Positions 49,053-61,200 of a stretch of DNA of 64,000 nt are shown here, piece after piece (position 1 is the stretch's first letter; each line of letters opens with the position of its first letter). The translations under genes were made by a program, and so were the position numbers. Below the pieces are notes generated by a model that was given only the letters and a program-made list of their open reading frames with translations, was not told the DNA's origin and did no database searches. This DNA is from Pristiophorus japonicus. Lineage: Eukaryota. The DNA is taken from NCBI RefSeq assembly GCF_044704955.1, contig NC_091995.1, forward strand, positions 9,300,001 to 9,364,000. The letters run 5' to 3'.

Positions 49053-49315
49053 TTGGATTCCAGATCCAGGGCCTGGCACAAACACCTTGGTGCCAATCAT
49101 TTTGGACAGGTTTCTCGGTTGGCTCCAGGTCCTTCCATCATCCACGCTCTCGATCAGGAGTGTGCTGGAAACGTTACAATGATAGTGGTGGGCACACATT
49201 GTGTACATGATAAAAATGATAGCCTTTTCTTCATCGACCAGTATTACACCCAAGTTCAGGCCATCGATCTTTGAACCATCGTTGTCAAGGAAGGTGGTGG
49301 GGCTCCAGGTCTCAC
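49053..49315 (-). CDS. NEU1: NEU1 coding exon 3
   Basis: Acceptor TTCAG; ETWSPTTFLDNDG..DGLNLG..SVDDGRTWSQPRNLS..VFVPGPGSGIQ with Asp-box SxDxGxTW; donor CAA|GTGAGT; 263 nt. Confidence 0.97.
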
Positions 49316-51663
49316 CTGAAGGAAGGTAATTATGAAGCAATTGGAAAATGTCAGTGTTAGGGCATGAAGTACTCTTCCATTCTAGTCATACTGTATCAGT
49401 TTTTCTATTCCCGGGAGATGGACTCGACTATAATACCATACCTAACCTCAGACTCAAGAGCAGCACATGCTTCTGCACCAAGGTGACACTTCCACTGCCC
49501 ACATTAACAACTGTTACAGATATTGAGTGAACTGGCAATTTGTGCCATGGCATGGGTGATTTTGTGTGATATGCCTTACCCAGCAGGGTGTCGAGAGGGT
49601 CAATTAGGACCCGATAGCTGACATATAAGCCTCGAAATTCGTATTGGGCGGTGGTGCAAAACAGGCAGTATTGGATTGGCTGCCTGTTATTCAGTTCCAT
49701 TGACTGCATAGTGAAACAAACAAAGCAGGTTAAATCAGAGGCTTCCAGTCTCATTATCATATTAAAATTGTAAACAGGTCTTTGCTTTTGCTCTGCAAAG
49801 CAAAGCAGAGGAAATCTCTGGTTCCAACATGGAGATTGGATTGCTGCCTGCAATTTTCTCGCAAAGTAGTAGTGCCGCGAGCTGGGGAGCAAAGGGGGGG
49901 AGGGGGTCACTGGATAGCAATCAGTAGCAGCAATCAGTCCCTAGCCCAAGAGCATTGTCAATTCAAGCACTCTTGCTGCTGTTCCAGCACAATCCAGAAG
50001 GGCTGAACCCAAGACTATCCTGGTGTGCTTGGTTCAGTTCCACACTGAGCCATTAGAAACTCCTGCCATTTTACTTACTGATTCTTTCTACAGTGTTAAA
50101 ATTAATTTAAGAGCATCTGAATTTAACAAAAGACAATTGGTTACCGGACAAGAGATTTCAACTGTAGAACTAACCAGATTACAGACACAGTTGGTGATGA
50201 CTGTAGAATTATGCTCTAAACAGCAGACACACCAACACTTAAAGACAGGAAGGACAGTCTATTGCATGCAAGCAGTGAGGCATATATGCAATTGTTCTTT
50301 GCCAATACCGTAGCACTTTTGAGGCACATTTCCTCTGCCTGCCCTCTCAGGTGGATGTCAAAGATTCTGTGGCACTATTCTGAAGAAGAGCCAGGGAGTT
50401 CAGCCCAATTTACCCCTCAACTATCACTAAAAAGCAGATTATCTGGTCATTTGTCTCACTGCTGTTTGTGGGAGCTTGCTGTGTGCCTTCTTGACTGCCA
50501 GGTTTCCTACATTACAATAGTAACTACATTTAAAGTATTTTCTTGGCTGTAAAGTATTTTGGGACGTCGAGGTCATGAAAGGCACTATATAAATGAAAGG
50601 TCTGTCTATCATGCATGTAGGGCACCAGAAATGGCCAAACTTATGAATTACTGAAAACTCTGGAAACTCGATATCTGAACCTGGAAGGCACTAGCTAATA
50701 GTTTTGCCTTACGAGTTTTAAAAAAAAAAAGGATTTGACATTTCACATCAGACCATTGCATATCCACTATATATAATCCAGAAAGCACCAATAGGTGTGT
50801 TCACAATAGGTGCATATGAACCACATTCAAGACATCTTTATGTCTGCACTGTGAATGCACAAATTGGAACTTTATGAATATCTTATGGGGGGGGGGGGGG
50901 GGGGGAAGTGGAGAGAGAAAAAGAGAAGAGACGAAACCACCAGTTAATTTAGTTATTTTTAAGTTTACAACTGGAATCCTGCAGTGCAGAGGGTTAAGTG
51001 AAAACGTCCTATTATCTTTCCAGGTTATGTATCAAGGCTCAATCTGCACTATTGTTTTCATGGCAGTCTATCTGCTGTTTAAGATGCTTACTAAGCAAAT
51101 TGGAGAAAACCACATTTTGCTTCCCCCACAAAAGGCAGTGCCCAGTATCTACAATAGTACGACCCTTGGTCAGTGCAGTAAATCTCAGATTTGCACCTTG
51201 CACAGTTCATTCACCTTCTACCTCCCATGCCATGTTCTGCTTCAAACAAAGTGCCTTCAGTACCACGCCATTAAAAAATTCTGATTCTGTGGAGTGATTG
51301 TGATCCAGAGTTTTGAATCCCTTCACTGAGCACATGTCCAATGGTTTGACTGTAAACCAGGATCAGGTCAGACAACGGTTGCTATACTGCTAACCTGTTC
51401 TCAAAGACATTTGGTTCACTTTGTGTTACTGTGGAAAATCATTCGGAACAACATAGGACTGGAAAATTCACCCAGTTTGTTTAGTCAACTGCATTTCTGG
51501 CTTTAAATATGATTATGCGCTGATTATTTGCAGCATTTGAATAGTTGAACTGCCAGTACAAACGTTACTATTTGACTGTAGGGCGTTAAGGAGATGGAGC
51601 TCCCTCAATCAAAGATTTATGCAGACCTTTCATTCCTTATGAAACGCAACATTAATCAATCAC

Positions 51664-51853
51664 CTTTATCATTAGATGTGCGGACGGCGATGAACTTAGC
51701 ACCAATATCGGCCGCCGAGTGCTTTCTTGCCTCCGCCACGGCAATGAGGTTATTTTGGGGCGTGAGTGAGATGAGGGGGACCCTGAAGGTGTCGATATGG
51801 CCAATAATGCCACTTATCCACAATAACTGTTCACTTTCAATGACTGGCTTGAT
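51664..51853 (-). CDS. NEU1: NEU1 coding exon 2 (FRVP motif, start of first Asp-box)
   Basis: Acceptor TTCCAG|ATC; translates IKPVIESEQLLWISGIIGHIDTFRVPLISLTPQNNLIAVAEARKHSAADIGAKFIAVRTSNDK(G), matching NEU1 EQLLW..DTFRIP..AEARK..DEGAKFIA; donor AAG|GTGATT; 190 nt. Confidence 0.96.
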
Positions 51854-51944
51854 CTGGAAGAAAAACAGGGTGGAATGTATTATACAACACGCCAGCTGCA
51901 GTCATCCACATGACCTCCTTCACTGGGCAAAGCAGAATGGTTAA

Positions 51945-52372
51945 ATTATGAGGACACGTTCATAGACTAGGTTTGTATTCCCTTGAATATAGAAGATTAA
52001 GGAGTGATCTATTTGAAGTATTTGAGATGATTAAAGGGATTTGAAAGGATTGATTGAGAGATACTAGTTCCTCTAGTGGGACAGACCAGAACTAAGGGAT
52101 ATAACCTTAACATTAGAGCTAGGTTGTTCAGGGGTGATGTCAGGAAGCACTTCTTCACAGAGTAGACAAAATCTGCAACTCCCTCCCCCAAAAATAGTTG
52201 AGGCTCGAGGTCAATTGAAAACTTCAAAATGGAGACAGAGAATTTTTTTAGGTAAGGATACTAAGGGAGATGGAATCAAGGTGGGTAATTGGAGTTAAGA
52301 TACAGATCACCCATGATTTAATTGAATAGCAGAACAGACTCGAGGGGCTGAATGGCCTATCCCTGTTCCTAA
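51945..52372 (+). mobile_element. Old CR1 3' fragment in NEU1 intron 1
   Basis: Degenerate CR1 ORF2 end and 3' UTR (CTCGAGGGGCTGAATGGCCTA). Confidence 0.8.
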
Positions 52373-52990
52373 TCTTGATAGGAATTTTTTTTTTTAATTT
52401 GCATCTCAGAAGCAATATTTCACATTGAAATCATTTCACAAGGTACAGTGGACATATTTGACCAAAAATTGTTAAAAATCCATTTTAATTGTAATTCTGT
52501 TTTAATCTTACAATGGCGGATGTGGGACCTGACATCATCATCCTGGGACAGTACATCGTCAGAGTGGGGTAAAGCACAATGCAGAGGCAGAGTCCAGGGA
52601 CTCCGAACATGTACTAGATCTGATCTGGGTGTACTCATTGCTGATACTGAGCAACATGTGGGAAAAATGTTCTTTCTCCACTGCTGATTCCTTTTGGCTC
52701 AAAAAGCACAAAATTATCTCCAAACCAAACTAACCACGATTAATATGATGGATCGTGACAGTTACAAAGTTTTGAATTTTACCAATGTCTGGCGTGGACA
52801 TTAAGCCAGAAAACCTGTGAACTAATGTCTGCCCCAGGTAGCATCAGTTAACCAGAGTATAGTAATGTAGTTGTTATCCTCCTAATTGACTAGCAACACA
52901 AAGATTGAGAGTTCATGACAAGTTGTAAAATTCAATTCCTCAAATCTGATCATTTATGGTTTGGCATCAGAAGAATCTACACTGGTTCAC

Positions 52991-53457
52991 ATCATCATAG
53001 GCAGTCCCTCAGAATCGAGGAAGAATTGCTTCCACTCCAAGTGAGTTCTCTGGTTGCTGAACAATCCAATACGAGAGCCACAGACCCGGTCACAAGTGGG
53101 ACAGACATTCGTCGAGGGAAGGGGTGGGTGGGGCTAGTTTGCCGCGCGCTCCTTCCGCTGTCTGCGCTTGACCTCTTCACACTCTTTGCGTTGAGACTTG
53201 AAGAACTCAACGCCCTGCCGGATGCACTTTCTCCACCTTGGGCGGTCTTCGGCCAGGGTCTCCCAGGTGTCAATGGTGATGTTGCACTTTACCAGGGAGG
53301 CTTTGAGGGTGTCCTTGTAACGCTTCCGCTGCCCACCTTTGGCTCGTTTACCATGAAGGAGCTCCGCTTAAAGCATTTGCTTAGGGAGTCTCTTATCTGG
53401 TATGCGAACTATGTGGCCTGCCCAGCGAAGCTGATAGTGTGTGGTTTGTGCTTCAAT
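52991..53457 (-). mobile_element. 5'-truncated RTE LINE
   Basis: RTE ORF C-terminus (WETLAEDRPRWRK..CPTCDRVCGSRIGLFS); (ATG)n tail; 10-bp TSD ACTGGTTCAC (52981-90 and 53458-67). Confidence 0.92.
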
Positions 53458-54442
53458 ACTGGTTCACTAATAGCAAAATAAAAAGAAAAAGAAAAAGAGC
53501 TTGCATTTATGCAGCATCTTTCATGATTCCTTAAAAGCCAATTAAGTACTATTGAAGTGTAATCACTGTTATGATGTAGGAAATGCGGCAGTCAATTTGC
53601 ACACAGCAAGATAATCTGCTTTGGTGATGTTGGTTGAGGGATAAATGTTGACTAGGACACACAGCAGCACTCCCTGCTCTTCTTCAAAATAGTACCTTGC
53701 AATGTTTCTCCCCTCTCCCCGCCCCCCCCCCCCCAATTTTTTAGGGTGCATGGCCCCTTTAAACGTTTTCACATGTCGCCCATTGAAAAGTCAGTTAGCG
53801 GCCTGCACAGGAACTCCGGACAGCTGCGTGGTCAGGCAGATTTGCGTGGTCAGGCAGATTAGCAGAAATATTGGGGCCGTGGTATTTTTTCACATCCACC
53901 CAAGGGGGCAGACAGGGCCTGGGCTTAACGGCTCATCCGAAAGGCGGCACCTCAGACTATCCTTACGGGAACCTTCTGCCCAGCCCTCCAACCCACCTTA
54001 CCCAATCAACGTCAGGGTTAGGCCAGGCACATGTGGTTGAACCCCAATGCCCCCTGACCTAGTCTTGCAGACTATCTAGTTGACCCACCGCATCAAGATA
54101 GTGGCTCACCACCACCTTTTCAAAGCAGGAGGAATGGTCAGTAAACACTGCCTATCCTGCGTTGTCAAACCACTGAACACAATTCAGCTTCGAACTTTCA
54201 GAATTAGTCAACACAGTGGAAAGCAGCCTGTCTGCAATGCGAATTGGATCAAGGCCTATTATTTGTACAAAATTATGTAATCTTGATTAAACAAACAAAC
54301 CATTGAAATAAAACAAACACTTGAAACTACTCAGCACTAATCGATTCCATTACTTTGCACAAACTTCACTGCTGTAAAAGTCGCTGCATGAAAGAAATGC
54401 AGAGAATCAGACATCAGAATAAAATAATTCAATAATTACATA

Positions 54443-54648
54443 CAAAAGCAAAATAATGCAGATACTGCAAATCTGAAGTTTAAAAAAAACAGAAAATGCT
54501 GGGAATACTCAGCAGGTCAGGCAGCATCTGTGGAGAGTGAAACAGTTAACGTTTCAGGTCGAGGACCTTTCGTCAGAACTCAAACATGAACTCTTGTTTC
54601 TCTCTCCACAGATGCTGCCTGACTGGCTGAGTATTTCCACCATTTTCT
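54443..54648. mobile_element. Penelope-like fold-back fragment
   Basis: Same family as 5808-5992, with inverted arms around a central hammerhead-like motif. Confidence 0.8.
54544..54580 (-). ncRNA. Minimal type I hammerhead-ribozyme-like motif (Penelope-associated)
   Basis: AGUU-CUGACGA-A-AGGUC-cuc-GACCU-GAAAC-GUU-AACU: stem I, core boxes, 5-bp stem II, and palindromic AACGUU in place of stem III. Confidence 0.55.
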
Positions 54649-54710
54649 CATTAACTACATGCATGGAAGCAACCAGCATTTTGGTCTGTGGGGGGAATTC
54701 TAACCTAACT

Positions 54711-55694
54711 GTTTACACTGTACATTAATGATTTAGATGAGGGGATTAAATGTAGTATCTCCAAATTTGCAGATGACACTAAGTTGGGTGGCAGTATGAG
54801 CTGCGAGGAGGATGCTGTGAGGCTGCAGAGCGACTTGGATAGGTTAGGTGAGTGGGCAAATGCATGGCAGATGAAGTATAATGTGGATAAATGTGAGGTT
54901 ATCCACTTTGGTGGTAAAAACAGAGAGACAGACTATTATCTGAATGGTGACAGATTAGGAAAAGGGGAGGTGCAAAGAGACTTGGGTGTCATGGTACATC
55001 AGTCATTGAAGGTTGGCATGCAGGTGCAGCAGGCGGTTAAGAAAGCAAATGGCATGTTGGCCTTCATAGCAAGGGGATTTGAGTACAGGGGCAGGGAGGT
55101 GTTGCTACAGTTGTACAGGGCATTGGTGAGGCCACACCTGAAGTATTGTGTACAGTTTTGGTCTCCTAACCTGAGGAAGGACATTCTTGCTATTGAGGGA
55201 GTGCAGCGAAGGTTCACCAGACTGATTCCCGGGATGGCGGGACTGACCTATCAAGAAAGACTGGATCAACTGGGCTTGTATTCACTGGAGTTAAGAATGA
55301 GAGGGGACCTCATAGAAACATTTAAAATTCTGACAGGGTTAGACAGGTTAGATGCAGGAAGAATGTTCCCAATGTTGGGGAAGTCCAGAACCAGAGGTCA
55401 CAGTCGAAGGATAAGGGGTAAGCCATTTAGGACCGAGATGCGGAGGAACTTCTTCACCCAGAGAGTGGTGAACCTGTGGAATTCTCTACCACAGAAAGTT
55501 GTTGAGGCCAATTCACTAAATATATTCAAAAAGGAGTTAGATGAGGTCCTTACTACTAGGGGGATCAAGGGGTATGGCGAGAAAGCAGGAATGGGGTACT
55601 GAAGTTAAATGTTCAGCCATGAACTCATTGAATGGCGGTGCAGGCTAGAAGGGCCGAATAGCCTACTCCTGCACCTATTTTCTATGTTTCTATG
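54711..55694 (+). mobile_element. Young 5'-truncated CR1 LINE in NEU1 intron 1
   Basis: 272-aa ORF nearly identical to the 12442 copy; tail TTTCTATGTTTCTATG; TAACT duplicated at the flanks. Confidence 0.95.
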
Positions 55695-55775
55695 TAACTT
55701 GCCAGGTGGGAATCCCATGGGATCGAGTGGAACACATCGCCTAATATTACTCTCCATGGACTTTGATCGGGTTAA

Positions 55776-56238
55776 GTGTCAGCTGTGGCTCAGTGGGTAA
55801 CAATCTCGCTTCTGAGTCAGAAGGTTGTGGGTTCAAGTCCCACGCCAGAGATTTGAGCACAAAAGTCTAGGCTGACACTCCCAGTGCAGTGCCGAGAGAG
55901 CGCTGAACTGCCAGAGGTGCCTTCGTTTAGATGAGACATTAAACCAAGGCCCCGTCTGCTCTCACAGGTGGGCACAAGAGATCCCACGGTACTATTTCGA
56001 AGAAGAACAAGAGAGTTCTCCCCAGTGACCTGGCCAATGCTTATCCCTCAGTCTACATCACTAACACGGATTATCTGGTCATTATCACATTGCTGTTTGT
56101 GGGAGCTTGCAGTGCCCAAAGTGGTAACTGCATTTCCTATATTACAACAGTGACTACACTTCAAAAGTACTTCATTGGCTGTGGGACTTTGGGACGTCCG
56201 GTGGTCATGAAAGACTCTACAAATGCAAGTCTTTCTTT
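55776..56238 (+). mobile_element. DeuSINE-like SINE, full length
   Basis: TGTCAGCTGTGGCTCAGTGGG..GGTTCAAGTCC..AAATGCAAGTCTTTC; partial copies also at 9262-9416(-), 37545-37650(-), 43985-44142(+), 50335-50597(+) and 53497-53955(-). Confidence 0.88.
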
Positions 56239-56699
56239 TCTCCCCATTATTGTAACCAACCTCTCACACACATAGCCAGTAGCATTTTACAAAATGGATA
56301 AAAGCAGTTACCTCCATGCTGACTAACTTTGCTACATTTCACATATCCTAGAGTCAAGAGGCATCAGACTAGTAGAGCAGAGGCATCACCATACAGAGGC
56401 AGGTGCTGGACAGATCTAGGCTCTCGATTTCTTCATAGACTTCCCATGTTTAGAAAATTACCTCAAGTCATGTGCTGGCGTTAATTGCCATAGGTTGGAG
56501 ATGATGGAATTACTTGTGCAGGTCTATAATGATTTATTTGTTGCATCTATTTTCAAATGTTGTTCCTCTATGATTGAATTTAACATGTTGCTCATCTATA
56601 TGATTGCAATTATTTCTCAATGCTTCAATTGTTAACCACGCTACACTGTGGAACCAAACTGTTCTGTGAGGCGGTGATCAACTTCTGAACAGAGCAGAG

Positions 56700-56950
56700 C
56701 TCTGAGTTGTTATGAGGTTGGAGGAGCTTACAGAGATTGGGAGGGGAGGCGCCATGGAGGGATTTGAAAACAAGGACGAGAATTTTAAAATCAAGGCATT
56801 GTTTAACCAGGAGCCAATCTAGGTCAGTGAGCACAGGGGTGATGGTTGAACAGGACTTGGTGCGAGTTAGGATACGGGCAGCAGAGTTTTGGATAAGCTC
56901 AAGTTTACAAAGAGTAGAAAGAGAGAGACCAGCCAGGAGTGTGTTGGAAA
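56700..56950 (-). mobile_element. L2 fragment
   Basis: LTDLDWLLVKQCLDFKILVLVFKSLHG. Confidence 0.8.
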
Positions 56951-57877
56951 AAAGTGAGAATGGAGGAAATTTTTACACAATGTGCTTAAGCAGCTGGATG
57001 CCACACAGCTATTCCAGGGTACGGCACCAGCAGAATGACCCTAGTTATATGGAGTACAGAATTCAAAATGCACAACTTGCTGCAAGGGCAAAAGGGCATT
57101 TGGCACCTCAGTGTATCTCCTTAAACAATTAAATTTAAGGATAGAAAAAGAAACAGAACAAATGACAGGGAAGGAAATCAGGTGAATTAGAGTCAAATTA
57201 GATGCAGAAAGAGAAAGAGAGAAAGATTGGATTGAAGAGAAAGATAGAGAAAAAGTAAAATATTAAAACATTTTAAATTTAACAACCTTGAGGAACAATT
57301 TACAACCCATAGCAATGATACGCCACTGTTTGAACAGTTCTCTTTCTAGGCTTCCAAGGTTGAGTGGCAATACAGGAAGATAAATCTAGTAACTAAAACG
57401 ATCTGATATCATTAAATACCAGCTCTAACTTTCCAGGTCAAGTTTAATCCATATTTACGGTGCAAATCCAACATTATATTGAAACTCACGGGGAGGTCGA
57501 CGGAGAGTTCCAATTTACACGAAGCTAATGGCGAAACAGCGCCAATCATCCAGCAACTCATGGCGAGTCCCTTCCTCGCCACAAATTGCTCTTTAATAAG
57601 GTGCGCACCTTTAACTCACCATTAGTTTCCCAACAAATTCTGTGCCAATGATCTTACTGTTCACTCCGTGTAGAGGGAAATCACATTAGCACGAACACAC
57701 CTGCTGTATTCAGTGGGGACTGTACGTAAATGAGGTTTAAGATTTCAATTAAGTTCCTGGAACAATTTCAACCTGCGTGTAACCTGCTTTGGTGATTGAA
57801 TACTCTACTGATTCGGAGCCCTCCAGCACCATTCTGCAAAGGTCCAATTGGATGTGGCGATCACAGTCACGTCAACT

Positions 57878-58372
57878 CATTCTGCACTACGTAAACTTGA
57901 GGTCATCCAAAACTCAGCAGCCCGTGTACTAACTCGCACCAAGTCACGATCACCCATCACCCCTGTGCTTTCTGACCTACACTGGCTCCCGGTTAAACAA
58001 CACCTCCATTTCAAAATTCTCATCCTGGTTTACAAATCCGCTCCCTATCTCTGTAATCTTATTCAGCCTCACAACCCCACAAGATGTCTGCGCTCCTCAA
58101 ATTCTGGCCTCTTGAACATCCCTCATTATAACTGCTCAACTATTGGTGGCCGTGCCTTCAGCTGTTTGGGCCCTAAGCTCTGGAGCTCCCTCCCTAAACC
58201 TCTCCACCTCTCTCCTTCTTTAAGACACTCTTTAAAACCTCCCTCTTTAAACAAACTTTTTGTCATCTGACTTAATTTCTTCTTTTGTGGCTCGGTGTCA
58301 AATTTATGTTTTGTCTTGTAACACTATTGTGAAGCACCTTAGGAAGTTTTACTACATTAAAGACACTATATA
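57878..58372 (+). mobile_element. L2 LINE 3' fragment
   Basis: KLEVIQNSAARVLT..PVLSDLHWLPV..GGRAFS..PKLW. Confidence 0.9.
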
Positions 58373-58960
58373 AAATGTAAAAATTAATAAACTCCATCTC
58401 GCCGTTGATTTTAAACGGGGCTAGCGGAACAACACGGGTCTCTCTGTTGATCAGCCCACAAGGCCCAGCAAAATTATGGCATGGTGGTACACAATGGCGC
58501 AAGCCACTTGTGCCACAATTTCCACGCCGCAATAGTGGCGTACCCTGTCGATACACCATTACCACAGAGCAAGTTCTCGACCAATTCAAATCAGAAAGAC
58601 CCCACATTTAAGTCAGTCAGCTAATGTTTGACAAATCCCCAGGCATTATGGTGAAATCGGCTTGTAGCTTCTGGAGGGAGGAAGTCCTGGGCTGTAAGTA
58701 CAAGGCTGGATCGTGGAACCCGCTGCTCACTGAACCAACCACCACCCCCCCCCCCTCCCTCCCTCTCTCCCTCTCTTCCTCCTCCTCCTCCTCCTCCTAC
58801 CCTTCTCTCGGAGGGAACTGCAGACCAAGGGGACCCGGGATGGGCCACACAGTCCCCATCCCATCCTCTCTCTTCCCCCGCCCAATATCCCAATCTGACT
58901 CCCACTTCCCTGCGCCTGTTCCAGCTCCCACTTCCGTGTCTCGGATGAGCTGGGCTTTAC

Positions 58961-59092
58961 CTGATCGGGCAGCGCCGTGCTGGAGAACAGCAGCAAGAAA
59001 AGGCCGCTCACCAGCGGCTGCAGGGCGCCCGCCGCTTTCCGCACTAACACGTCCTTGCGGGAGCTATGCCGCCGCCGTACGGCCGTCGCCAT
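58961..59092 (-). CDS. NEU1: NEU1 sialidase-1, coding exon 1 (signal-peptide-like N-terminus, 132 nt)
   Basis: ATG at 59092 in a CpG-rich segment; MATAVRRR...LVSGLFLLLFSSTALPDQ has a hydrophobic stretch; donor CAG|GTAAAG at 58961/58960; phase 0 joins exon 2 in frame. Sequence similarity is weak, so this exon is assigned by position and phase. Confidence 0.8.
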
Positions 59093-59330
59093 GATCCTAG
59101 CCAGTGCCTCTAAACCCACGGGCCGCTGGCAGGACACTCGCAGCCGAGTTGCTCCCGTCACTCGCTCCAACCGACATTGGTGCCGGATTATTACGTCGTA
59201 TGACCACCCCTTGATGGGGCGGGGAATGGTTCATTTCGTATTCAGCTCCTGCCCATTAAAACACCTCTTGATAATCCTGCTCGTCGTGCCTTTTCTAAGT
59301 GAACCAATGAGGAGACTCACCAACTACAAG
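59093..59330 (-). promoter_or_regulatory. NEU1 CpG-rich 5' UTR and proximal promoter
   Basis: CpG-rich segment with ATTGG (~59177), GC box GGGGCGGGG (~59216) and CCAAT (~59305) directly upstream of the ATG. Confidence 0.6.
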
Positions 59331-59830
59331 CCAAACAAAAGGGTCCCCTTCCAAACACAAAACTAATAAGGAAACTTATTGCTATGTATTTAACCCCTTG
59401 TAACCTGCATCACACCAGAGGGCCGACCTGTTGGAGTCCCAAGGGATCCCAGCATCCCATGGGAGCACAGTATATAAGCAGGCCACCCACGAGGTACCTG
59501 CACTCTGGAACCTTAATAAAGGAGCTAAGGTCACACTTGCACATGACACACAGTACTCGGTCTGACCATTTATTATGAGTAGAACAATTGGCAATAAGGT
59601 AACGAACAACCGCGCGAAAATGCAAAGAACAGTCGGCATCCTGGAGAAGTTCTCGGAGGGGGATGATTGGGAGGCCTTGGTGGATAGACTCGACCAATAC
59701 TTCGTAGCCAACAAGCTGGAAGGGAACGAGACCGCAACCAAACGAAGGGCGATCCTCCTAACCGTCGGTGGGGCCACTACCTATGGCCTCATGAAGAATC
59801 TCCTGGACCCGACTAAACCTACAGATAAAT

Positions 59831-61200
59831 AGAAACATAGAAAATAGGTGCAGGAGTAGGCCATTTGGCCCTTCGAGCCTGCACCACCATTCAATGAGTT
59901 CATGGCTGAACATGCAACTTCAGTACCCCATTCCTGCTTTCTCGCCATACCCTTGATGCCCCTAGTAGTAAGGACTACATCCAAATCCTTTTTGAATATA
60001 TTTAGTGAATTGGCCTCAACAACTTTCTGTGGTAGAGAATTCCACAGGTTCACCACTCTCTGGGTGAAGAAGTTTCTCCTCATCTCGGTCCTAAATGGCT
60101 TACCCCTTATCCTTAGACTGTGACCCCTGGTTCTGGACTTCCCCAACATTGGGAACATTCTTCCTGCATCTAACCTGTCTAAACTCATCAGAATTTTAAA
60201 CATTTCTAGGAGATCCCCTCTCATTCTTCTGAACTCCAGTGAATACAAGCCCAGTTGACCCAGTCTTTCTTGATATGTCAGTCCTGCCATCCCGGGAATC
60301 AGTCTGGTGAACCTTCGCTGCAGTCCCTCAATAGCAAGAATGTCCTTCCTCAGATTAGGACACCAAAACTGTACACAATACTCCAGGTGTGGCCTCACCA
60401 AGGCCCTGTACAACTGTAGTAACACCTCCCTGCCCCTGTACTCAAATCCCCTCGCTATGAAGGCCAACATGCCATTTGCTTTCTTAACCGCCTGCTGTAC
60501 TTGCATGCCAACCTTCAATGACTAATGTACCATGACACCCAGATCTCACTGCACCTCCCCTTTTTCTAATCTGTCACCATTCAGATAATAGTCTGTCTCT
60601 CTGTTTTTACCACCAAAGTGGATAACCTCAAATTTATCCACATTATACTTCATCTGCCATACATTTGCCCACTCACCTAACTTATCCAAGTCACTCTGCA
60701 GCCTCATAGCATCCTCCTCGCAGCTCACACTGCCACCCAACTTAGTGTCATCCGCAAATTTGGAGATACTACATTTAATCCCCTCGTCGAAATCATTAAT
60801 GCACAATGTAAACAGTTGGGGCCCCAGCACAGATCCTTGCGGTACCCCACTAGTCACTGCCTGCCATTCTGAAAAGTCCCCATTTACTCCTACTCTTTGC
60901 TTCCTGTCTGACAACCAGTTCTCAATCCACATCAGCACACTACCCCCATGTGCTTTAACTTTGCACATTAATCTCTTGTGTGGGACCTTGTCGAAAGCCT
61001 TCTGAAAGCCCAAATACACCACATCAACTGGTTCTCCCTTGCCCACTCGACTGGAAACATCCTCAAAAAATTCCAGAAGATTTGTCAAGCATGCTTTCCC
61101 TTTCACAAATCCATGCTGACTTATACCTATCAGGTCACCTCTTTCCAAATGCGCTGCTATGAATTCCTCAATAATTGATTCCATCATTTTGCCCACTACT
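59831..61200 (-). mobile_element. Young CR1 LINE inserted in Gypsy gag
   Basis: RT ORFs 60546-61361 and 59781-60518; 3' tail ATAGAAACATAGAAA at the left end. Confidence 0.95.

Noticed and set aside
55776-55850. tRNA genes at SINE heads
   Set aside because: A and B boxes are present but continue into SINE bodies in many dispersed copies, and I could not fold a complete cloverleaf.
59093-59170. Upstream in-frame extension of NEU1 (ORF track start at 59170)
   Set aside because: It starts at TTG, not ATG. The ATG at 59092 gives a normal signal-peptide-like N-terminus.
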